64,000 nucleotides of DNA from an uncultured Bacilli bacterium (GTDB lineage: Bacteria > Bacillota_I > Bacilli_A > RFN20 > CAG-288). Each line of letters starts with the position of its first letter. The first letter of the stretch is position 1. Below the pieces are notes generated by a model, which did no database searches, was not told the DNA's origin, and worked only from the letters and a program-made list of their open reading frames with translations. Position numbers and translations under genes: made by a program. The DNA is taken from positions 66,626-130,625 of the forward strand of contig CAUUFA010000001.1 of the NCBI GenBank assembly GCA_963544395.1, read 5' to 3'. Positions 56,847-64,000 of this stretch are shown here, piece after piece.

Positions 56847-59582
56847 TCAGTCAACAAAATTAATGACAATAGAGTTGATATAGACGACTCCCTTACTTTT
56901 TATGTGCCCGACATTGACAAACGTATCCGTTGTCGAAGCTGGCGTATAGGTTACTTCCAATTCAGTGCTTTCTGCTAAAGCGACCGTACCAGAAGCAGTG
57001 ATGGCTTCATTTCCTGTAGTGACACTAACAACTTTCGTGTTGTTGTACCGTCCGATTGTCTTTGCATTGAAGTTAATGACAACATTCTTGATAGCCTTAG
57101 GAAGTGCAGTCGTATTATAGACACAGGAAGGTAAGATAGAAGGATCGTTTTTATTCCCGTCTCTCATCTGAATTCCATCACCATAGTCAGACACCTGATA
57201 TGCTGTCCAGCTTACATCTTTAATGACTGCAGTAGTATCCTGGTATTTGTTTGCCAAGCCAAGTCCGGCGGAGTCAATAGTGATAGAGTTCGAAGCAGCA
57301 GGATCCACAACCTCAACTTCCAGTCTAGCTTCAGCAAGCACAGCTTCAGCCTTCTTGATTGTGCCGACGATAGCTGTCTTACCAACAGCAACGGCAGTCA
57401 CGGAGACGACAGAGCCATCTCTCGTGGCCGTGGCAATTTCTGCGTTTTCAGAAGTGAAAGAAAGAACAACATCCTTAGGATCGACATCCTTGACCAGATT
57501 CCAGCTGAAGGTGATGTCCGCTTTTTCACCAAGATTGATGGTAGTATTATCCTTGGCGAACACAATCTCATTCTTGATGACTTTCGTGACCTTTGTGAAG
57601 ACGAAGTCGGCAAACTTGTTCTTGTTATAGCCGGTGAAATAGCCTTCAACATCGTAAGTGCTGCCTTCTTTGATGTTGGCAGTGTCAGATTCCGTTGCTT
57701 CGATGACTGTCGAAGATCCATCAACGGGGAAGGTGAGATTCTTGCCGCTCTTGACAACCTTAGTCGTCCATTTGTAGAGCTTGTGGGAAGAAACCGGCGT
57801 ATCTCCAGTGGAGACAAGACCGTCGGCGATTTCTTTCGTCAGATCAATAGCAGTGAGTTCTTGATTTTCCGGAATATTTTCAGTGATGAAGGTAATGTCA
57901 CAAGTCTGAACCTGATAGAAGCTGACTTGACCATTACAGACGTTTGCTGCCGCCAGAACTTCGATGAATTCGCCGGTCTTATGCTCGGTCAAAAGATTGG
58001 TATCAAGTACAGAGACACGAAGGGAAGCTGCGCCATCCGTGATGACGAAGGATTTTTTGGAAACAGCACCGATCAAGCCTCTCACCTTATAGAGCTTTTT
58101 ATCCTCAGTGACAGCAGACAGTGCAGAAGTTTCAAGTTTGTTGATGACAGTAATCGTCAGATCAGCGTGTCCGCCACCGACAGTGCAGGTGATCGTTGCC
58201 GTTCCGGCTGCGACGGCTGTGACTTTACCAGTCTGATCAACGGTAGCGAAAGCTTCATTAGAAGATGACCAGACAGCATTGGCATCCTTGTCAGCGGCAG
58301 ACTTCAGGACAGCTGCAGTGAAGGTCTTTGCCGTTTCGACTTCCATCGTATCCTTAGAAGCAGAAAGAGTGACTTGTGTGACTTCCGGAGCCGTCTCCTC
58401 AAGCTTAGTGATAACCATGTTGACATAGCCGCCAGAACTAGAGCTATAACCAGCCCAATAGCCTTCGATGGCATAGTACTTGCCTTCCGTGTATGGGAAA
58501 GCTTTTTCATCCATGCCGGTCGGTTGGATCGGGACATTCCAGCCGTTCAGGTTGAGACAGAGATGACTTCCCGCCTTCGTGGCAACGGCATTCCAGCGAT
58601 ACTTTTTGGTTAAGTTGATGGAATCGGATCCATTGTCTTTTGATGTTGCAAATTTCTTAGCGATATCCACTGTAAGATCGACAGGATCCTGAACTTTGGC
58701 TACCTTATATCCGACTTTGACAACCGTAACCTTTCCTGAGAGCTCAAGCATGTTATGATAGACGGAAACTTCAGACGACGTGACTTTGACAACGTCACCG
58801 ATAGCAAGCGTGGTCTTCTGATAGACGACGATGGCACCCGTGCCATCATCAATGACGAAACCAGAGGCGTACTTGGCAACGATTTCACCACGCGTGGTCG
58901 TTGATTTGGTGGATTTCGCAAGCGTATTGATCGCCACCGGCTGAGCGACACTCTCCTCAACCTTGATGGTGATCGCGGCGCCTTCCTTGGCATTGGTCTT
59001 CAGCTTCGCAAAGATGGTGACTTCACCGACAGCGACGCCAGTGACAAGTCCGGTCGCATCGACGGTGGCTTTGGTCTCATCCGAAGAGGACCAATCGTAG
59101 AGAGCGGCATCGGAGCCGTTCTTCTCGGATTCGACAGCAACCTTCATCGTTCCGGCTTTACCGACGGCGGTATCTTCCGGAACCAAGGTGACAGGATTTC
59201 CGACGTAGAAGCTGACAGAATCTTCTTTTCCACCGCCCGTGATGGTGATCTTGACATCACCGACACCCTTGAAGACGATGCGTTGACCGAGAACCATCGC
59301 TACTTTGTCGTTCGAGGAAGCGATCTTGATATCCTTGCTGGCGATGAGATCGTTGACGTTCTTGCCCTCATCGACCGTGATTCTCAGCGTGGCATCTTCG
59401 GAGTCGACATAGTGGAATCCCGTGAGCTCATCCTTGTTGGCGATCTCGAGCTTAGTCAAGGTGATCGGCGTTTTCTCCGATGGCGTAGATGGATTGGGGG
59501 TGTTTGAAGGCGTTTTTCTGCAACCAGCAATACCGAGAATAGAAAGCATAGCAATCATCGATAACGTAATCTTCTTTTTCAT
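56847..59582 (-). CDS. large surface lipoprotein with Big_2 (Ig-like) domains and OB-fold-like repeats
   Basis: Lipobox ILGIAGC after ATG 59582 (AAAGGAGGA RBS). At least four Big_2 signatures (e.g. ATVDATGLVTGVAVGEVTIFA, ATVDQTGKVTAVAAGTATITC). Interspersed G.V....GFVI.DGTGA..VY-type OB-like segments. Confidence 0.8.
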   Translation of the reverse strand: MKKKITLSMIAMLSILGIAGCRKTPSNTPNPSTPSEKTPITLTKLEIANKDELTGFHYVDSEDATLRITVDEGKNVNDLIASKDIKIASSNDKVAMVLGQRIVFKGVGDVKITITGGGKEDSVSFYVGNPVTLVPEDTAVGKAGTMKVAVESEKNGSDAALYDWSSSDETKATVDATGLVTGVAVGEVTIFAKLKTNAKEGAAITIKVEESVAQPVAINTLAKSTKSTTTRGEIVAKYASGFVIDDGTGAIVVYQKTTLAIGDVVKVTSSEVSVYHNMLELSGKVTVVKVGYKVAKVQDPVDLTVDIAKKFATSKDNGSDSINLTKKYRWNAVATKAGSHLCLNLNGWNVPIQPTGMDEKAFPYTEGKYYAIEGYWAGYSSSSGGYVNMVITKLEETAPEVTQVTLSASKDTMEVETAKTFTAAVLKSAADKDANAVWSSSNEAFATVDQTGKVTAVAAGTATITCTVGGGHADLTITVINKLETSALSAVTEDKKLYKVRGLIGAVSKKSFVITDGAASLRVSVLDTNLLTEHKTGEFIEVLAAANVCNGQVSFYQVQTCDITFITENIPENQELTAIDLTKEIADGLVSTGDTPVSSHKLYKWTTKVVKSGKNLTFPVDGSSTVIEATESDTANIKEGSTYDVEGYFTGYNKNKFADFVFTKVTKVIKNEIVFAKDNTTINLGEKADITFSWNLVKDVDPKDVVLSFTSENAEIATATRDGSVVSVTAVAVGKTAIVGTIKKAEAVLAEARLEVEVVDPAASNSITIDSAGLGLANKYQDTTAVIKDVSWTAYQVSDYGDGIQMRDGNKNDPSILPSCVYNTTALPKAIKNVVINFNAKTIGRYNNTKVVSVTTGNEAITASGTVALAESTELEVTYTPASTTDTFVNVGHIKSKGVVYINSIVINFVD

Positions 59583-59680
59583 GATAATCCTCCTTTTCAA
59601 ATTACCATTGTTTACAACATATTTATAGAAAACGGCCAAGCCGCTCTATAACGGAAGCAAAGAGAGAGGGAGAGAAGATG

Positions 59681-60163
59681 TCATTGGGCAAATGTGCCCG
59701 TCTGAATCAGATGAAGCAGCTTCTCATATCGTCGCTTCTTCATCAGTCCCAGCGCAGTGAAGACGATGCCGATGATCAGAAGCGCTGCGCTTCCGAGGAA
59801 GAAGGAGACAGAGACGATGAACTCGGCTGAGCTTTTGACTAAGACGTAGTTGTTGGCTGGCTTCTTGGCCAGAAGGAAGAAAGCGACACCTAGGATGAGA
59901 CAGATCAGACCGACGAGGTTGAGAGACATGCCGGAGGCGAAGAAGTTCCTGCCTCTTTGGATCTCGGCGTGGCTCGCCGCGGCGAGCGTCTTGATCTCCT
60001 GCTCATTCACGTGATGGTGGATTCGATGCGAGCAGCGCGGGCAGACATATTCCACCTCGGTGGCGACGTTAAGATCCGCCTCTTCTCCGGCGAGTGCCTG
60101 CGAGAGCTTCTTCCGCTCCAGCTTTCCTTCGTCGATCTCTTTTCCACAATGTGTACAGTACAT
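59681..60163 (-). CDS. zinc-ribbon protein with two C-terminal TM helices
   Basis: MYCTHCG...CPRCSH zinc ribbon and two hydrophobic helices. AAGGAG RBS before ATG 60163. Confidence 0.6.
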   Translation of the reverse strand: MYCTHCGKEIDEGKLERKKLSQALAGEEADLNVATEVEYVCPRCSHRIHHHVNEQEIKTLAAASHAEIQRGRNFFASGMSLNLVGLICLILGVAFFLLAKKPANNYVLVKSSAEFIVSVSFFLGSAALLIIGIVFTALGLMKKRRYEKLLHLIQTGTFAQ

Positions 60164-60174
60164 ATCGTATCTCC

Positions 60175-61647
60175 TTAGATGGCGTAATCCATATCGATCA
60201 GATCTTTCGAGACCGATGGGATCAGCTCGTAGTAGATCCTTCCGCTCTTCGCATCCTTGTGGTAGCAATAGACGCCAGCATCGAGCCGGAATCCGTTGAC
60301 GTTGCTTGTAAAGTCGCTTTCGGTATAGAAGTGCATCGGGCTGTTCTTATCGCCGGCGTAGTTGAAGGGCAGGTAGATCTCGATCTTGTTTCCGAGCTCT
60401 TTGGTGTAGAAGCTGTATCCGCTGTACTCGTTGTCACCGCTATGTCGAACAGAGCTGACATGGAAAGGCTGAGTGAAGGAGACGCAACAGTTCATGTAAT
60501 CAAGGGTGCCGACCTGGAACTTGGTATAATCCTCGAAGCGGAAGACATAGAGCTGATTCTCTTCGATGTTCTCCTTGGGTTCAAGGAGGACCTGAACATC
60601 CCGGTCATCTTCACTGAACGGCGAGAAGTTCGCACCGTGGAGCTGATAGCCGAACTGTTCATCGTAGGAGCAGATCGCCGGGACAGAGAGATAGGTCCCT
60701 CTCCTGGTGAAGGTATCCGAGATGCCAGCGGCCTGACCGTAAATGTTGATAGAAGCATATTCGCCTTTCTGATGGGTGATAGGGTTCTCGACAACTTCCT
60801 TCGCCTCCGAATACTCCTCGTGAGCGAAGAACGCCTCAAGATAGATAGAGCCGTTGGCATATCCGGCAACTGTTCCCTGGATGCGGACTTTGGCGTTATC
60901 GAACTTTGCCTCATAGTTAGCATCCGTCATCGTCTTCTCCATATCCCGCTTGAGATCGAGGATAGATGTATCTTTATAGGAGCCATAGTTGAATAAGGGA
61001 TCCGGTTTTCCGGAATGGAGATTGAGCTTCAAAGTCTTCGCCTGATTCTCGGCAGCTAAGAATGTCTCTTTATAGGCGGGCATCTTATCGAGGTTCTTGA
61101 CGACAGAGTAGCCTTCCTGAACGATCCATAGATTGAGAAGGATAAGAGAAGAGAAGGGAGCATCCTTGACCTTTTCGTTGATCCAGACCATCGAGAGATA
61201 ACGAGACCCTGTCGAGTCTGTCATCGGTTCCTGATAGCTTTCGATCGGAGCAGAGACAACGATCGTTCCGTTCTCCGCCGCGCTTTTCAGCTTCGCTTTG
61301 GTAAAGTTAGAGGCCGGTTTCCCATACGGCTCGACTTTTCCGGTGCTCTCCGGGGTATCGATGCCGTAGAAGCGAGATTTGACGATACCCTTCTCGTCGC
61401 TGTTTTTATCTTTTGTGGTGTAGAAGTGAGCGGTATCTCCATCGATCGGCGACTTGAGGTAAACCTGGGCGATGCCGTCGGTGAAGAAATCCTTGTTCTG
61501 ATAATCGAGATTGAGCTTGATGCTTCCATTGTTGACATAATCGACCTTCTCTAGCGACTTTACCGACGATGGGTTTGTCTTCCGACAGGATGTCATCATC
61601 CAGGGAAGAAGGAAGAGAAGAGAGATTTTACGTAGAATGCTGTTCAT
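60175..61647 (-). CDS. extracellular thermonuclease (SNase-like) lipoprotein
   Basis: Lipobox MMTSC. SNase motifs PIDGDTAHF and RFYGIDTPES...YGKPAS. Long C-terminal beta-rich extension. Confidence 0.8.
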   Translation of the reverse strand: MNSILRKISLLFLLPWMMTSCRKTNPSSVKSLEKVDYVNNGSIKLNLDYQNKDFFTDGIAQVYLKSPIDGDTAHFYTTKDKNSDEKGIVKSRFYGIDTPESTGKVEPYGKPASNFTKAKLKSAAENGTIVVSAPIESYQEPMTDSTGSRYLSMVWINEKVKDAPFSSLILLNLWIVQEGYSVVKNLDKMPAYKETFLAAENQAKTLKLNLHSGKPDPLFNYGSYKDTSILDLKRDMEKTMTDANYEAKFDNAKVRIQGTVAGYANGSIYLEAFFAHEEYSEAKEVVENPITHQKGEYASINIYGQAAGISDTFTRRGTYLSVPAICSYDEQFGYQLHGANFSPFSEDDRDVQVLLEPKENIEENQLYVFRFEDYTKFQVGTLDYMNCCVSFTQPFHVSSVRHSGDNEYSGYSFYTKELGNKIEIYLPFNYAGDKNSPMHFYTESDFTSNVNGFRLDAGVYCYHKDAKSGRIYYELIPSVSKDLIDMDYAI

Positions 61648-61667
61648 ATGACAATTCCCTCCTTCCT

Positions 61668-63119
61668 TTACCGCTGGGCCTGCTGAGCCTGCGCATAAGC
61701 TTCCGTAAAGGCTTCATCGACACTCTTTTTGCCGGTGAAGACCTGCGTCATAATGCCGCCGACAGCCTCATAGCTCTTGGCGGCTCCCATGAAGGAAGGC
61801 GTGGTGTAGAAGCTGTCATTGAGAGAGAGGTTGCGACAGAGCGTATAAAGCTCACCATTCGTCCCTTCCATGCCCATGAACGCTTTGATCGCTCTCGTCT
61901 CAAAGGCGGAGTGCCTGACTGGCATATAGCCCTGAGAGCCTCGGGTGCAAAGCAAGGCGTTCTCGGTATCGTTGGTGATGTATTTCAAAAACTTCCAGGC
62001 ATATTTTGCCTTACGGCCATCCTTATCGTCCTTCGCCTTCGTCAGCGTGACCGTAACACCCTGATTGACCTGCCTCTGGTCTTCCTTGTTGAAGGAAGGC
62101 ACTTTGCAGATGCCGACTTCGAAGGCGTTTCCGGTCGGCAGGTTATAGCCCGCTCCTCCGGTCGAACCGATGTCGAAGATGGTCTCGCCGTTCTTGAAGT
62201 AAGTGCTGCCGTATTTGCCTTCCGCAGATCCTTTGGTGGAGAAGAGGCCACGATCATGATAGTCTTTCAGCTTCGTGACATTCTGCTTGGCCTGAGCGTT
62301 GTTGAAATCGTTGCTGCCCTTCCCGTCTTGGATGGAAAGATATGGAATCTTCTGCTGGATAGCGCTGGTGACAAAGAGGTTAGAATCCGAATCGTAAAAA
62401 GCCGGCCACTTCAGCTGCTTCAGGTTGACGGAAGACTCAGACTTATGATCGAGGATGAACTGGCAGAAATCCATGAACTCATCCCAGCTCAGACTCTCCA
62501 GATACGCCTTGACCTTCTCATCCGAGTTGATGGCAGAATCCTTCAATCTAGCGAAGGAGAGCGCCGCCTCCTTGTTGTAGATCATGACTTCCGTCGACTT
62601 CATCAGCGGAAGAGAGTACATGCCGTTTCGGAGGTAGGATGTTCCTTCATCCAGGAACGCCTTGATAAAGTCAGACTGATCCTTGTCGCCGAGATATTCT
62701 TCCTTCCCGAACCCGATCTGAGGATCCGAAGCAAACTTCGAGAGGTCATAGACATACTTGCCGTAATCCGCTTCGCTTCTCTCATAGCCGAGATAGGTGG
62801 CGACGTGATCCGGATAAGCGACAGCGATCGTCGGAAGGTCATAGATGGAGGCTGCCTTCGTCATCTTGTCGTAGATGGCATTGTAATCGCCCTGGTACTC
62901 GAGCTGGATATCGACATCGACATGCTCGTTTTCCTTCACCAAGGCTTTGAACTTATCGATCTCATCGTTCACCTGCGACTGAATTTCCTGACCAAAGGTA
63001 ACCCAGAAGCGGATGTTGACGGCGGAAGAGGCGTTGGAAGGATCGCTTTTTTTGCAGCTGCCAAGTCCTCCTAAAAGAGCCAGCGTGCTTAAGATGATCG
63101 GTAATCTGTTCTGTTTCAT
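61668..63119 (-). CDS. ABC transporter substrate-binding lipoprotein (family 1, carbohydrate-type)
   Basis: Lipobox GGLGSC. 483 aa. Paralogous to the next gene. Confidence 0.8.
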   Translation of the reverse strand: MKQNRLPIILSTLALLGGLGSCKKSDPSNASSAVNIRFWVTFGQEIQSQVNDEIDKFKALVKENEHVDVDIQLEYQGDYNAIYDKMTKAASIYDLPTIAVAYPDHVATYLGYERSEADYGKYVYDLSKFASDPQIGFGKEEYLGDKDQSDFIKAFLDEGTSYLRNGMYSLPLMKSTEVMIYNKEAALSFARLKDSAINSDEKVKAYLESLSWDEFMDFCQFILDHKSESSVNLKQLKWPAFYDSDSNLFVTSAIQQKIPYLSIQDGKGSNDFNNAQAKQNVTKLKDYHDRGLFSTKGSAEGKYGSTYFKNGETIFDIGSTGGAGYNLPTGNAFEVGICKVPSFNKEDQRQVNQGVTVTLTKAKDDKDGRKAKYAWKFLKYITNDTENALLCTRGSQGYMPVRHSAFETRAIKAFMGMEGTNGELYTLCRNLSLNDSFYTTPSFMGAAKSYEAVGGIMTQVFTGKKSVDEAFTEAYAQAQQAQR

Positions 63120-63176
63120 GTTGAATTCACTCCTTTAAGAGGGCTTGGCAGCCCTCATTGATATCGAATCGAAATC

Positions 63177-64000
63177 TTACTGAGCCTTATGGCAAGCCGT
63201 CTTCGCTTCTTCAAAGAGCTTATCGAGGTCCACATCGGTGAGCGCTTTGCCGCGGGTGAGCGTCTTGGTCATGATGGCCTTGCCCGCCTGACGGGCAGCG
63301 GAAGAACCTAAGAAAGCCGGAGAGACGAAGTAATCATCAGTGACAGTCTCGACGTACTTCTTGCTGTTTGCCATCAAGACGGTGTCGCTGTAGTCCTTGC
63401 CTTCGACATCGACGCTCTTCAGATAGACTCTCTGCTGATAGGTGGATTTGCGGATCGGAGAATAGCCGGTATCGACAGACCAGGCAGCCGCGTTCTCGAC
63501 GTTGGTCAGATAGCGATAGAAGAGCCAAGAGGCAAGCTTTCTGTCCTCAGAGTCGTGATCGAGAACCGTGATGGAAGGTCCCTGGTTGATGACCATGGCC
63601 TTCTTGCCTTCGGCATGAGGAATCTTGCCGACGCAGGTCTCGAAGTTCTTGGTGTACTGATACTTGACACCGCCGGTGGAACCGACGGAGAAGAGAGACT
63701 TGTTCTGCGTGAAGAACTCGTTGGTGTACTTGTTGTTGGCGGAACCTTTGGACATGATGTAGCCCTTGTTGGCGAACTCATTCCACTGCTTCATCATCGC
63801 TTTGAGCGCCGTGGAAGATGCTTCGTTATCGACAAAGTCGAAGACACCGGCTCCGTTTTTGACCGAGGTGAACGGGATGCCGTACTGCGCCGCGAGGGTG
63901 ATGAAGAGGTTGTCATCGGAATCATAGGCGAAGACCGCGCTGGTGTTCTCCGTCTTATCAAAGTTCAGGATTTTCTTGTTGGTCGGCAGGTTGTCGTTAT
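63177..64000 (-). CDS. ABC transporter substrate-binding protein, paralogue; N-terminus outside window
   Basis: The reading frame stays open from 63797 to the window edge. It aligns with the neighbour (e.g. AYDSDDNLF vs FYDSDSNLF; GSTGG; INQG). Confidence 0.8.
   Translation of the reverse strand, partial: NDNLPTNKKILNFDKTENTSAVFAYDSDDNLFITLAAQYGIPFTSVKNGAGVFDFVDNEASSTALKAMMKQWNEFANKGYIMSKGSANNKYTNEFFTQNKSLFSVGSTGGVKYQYTKNFETCVGKIPHAEGKKAMVINQGPSITVLDHDSEDRKLASWLFYRYLTNVENAAAWSVDTGYSPIRKSTYQQRVYLKSVDVEGKDYSDTVLMANSKKYVETVTDDYFVSPAFLGSSAARQAGKAIMTKTLTRGKALTDVDLDKLFEEAKTACHKAQ

Noticed and set aside
61569-63074. Very long antisense ORFs: 501 aa opposite the binding-protein gene, plus 60094-60996, 50652-51614 and 21252-21953.
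   Set aside because: Each lies exactly opposite a gene with clear family motifs. Their translations are low-complexity (Arg/Leu/Asp/Gly-rich) and they have no RBS. Strong codon bias that avoids TTA, CTA and TCA in the sense frame leaves the antisense frame free of stops, so these are shadow ORFs.
1-64000. CRISPR arrays, IS elements or transposases, prophage genes, toxin-antitoxin or known defence systems.
   Set aside because: No spaced direct repeats, terminal inverted repeats, transposase or integrase motifs (apart from the chromosomal Xer), or phage structural genes were seen. The lone XRE gene (55394-55765) has no toxin-like partner.

Overview
Chromosomal segment from a Bacillota-like bacterium with moderate GC. 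TGA, TAA and TAG all terminate clear genes, so this is the standard code (table 11). About 62 protein genes and 2 tRNAs are packed tightly, and most are housekeeping. They include ABC importer and exporter genes, pta, the zur-znuABC zinc locus, nrdDG, purB, gmk, priA, yebC, guaA, deoD and cdaA. The block rbgA-rnhB-dprA-topA-xerC keeps Bacillus-like synteny. I found no CRISPR array, IS element, prophage or recognisable defence system. Points worth a second look: (1) an ECF sigma/anti-sigma operon and a neighbouring lipoprotein gene share a bipartite upstream motif with identical spacing, which suggests a small self-contained regulon; (2) a complete XerC-type recombinase is fused in frame to a HAD hydrolase that keeps its own RBS and ATG; (3) a five-gene surface cluster (two solute-binding lipoproteins, an SNase-type nuclease lipoprotein, a zinc-ribbon membrane protein and a large Big_2/OB-like lipoprotein) looks like an extracellular nucleic-acid capture and degradation module; (4) a preQ1-I-like riboswitch with terminator lies upstream of yhhQ; (5) there is a decaying AT-richer patch with a nonsense- and frameshift-inactivated esterase, plus a frameshifted dprA; (6) two uncharacterised, translationally coupled gene pairs are present, one of them HhH-glycosylase-like plus a beta-rich protein. 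All function calls come from motif recognition by eye, since no database search was possible.
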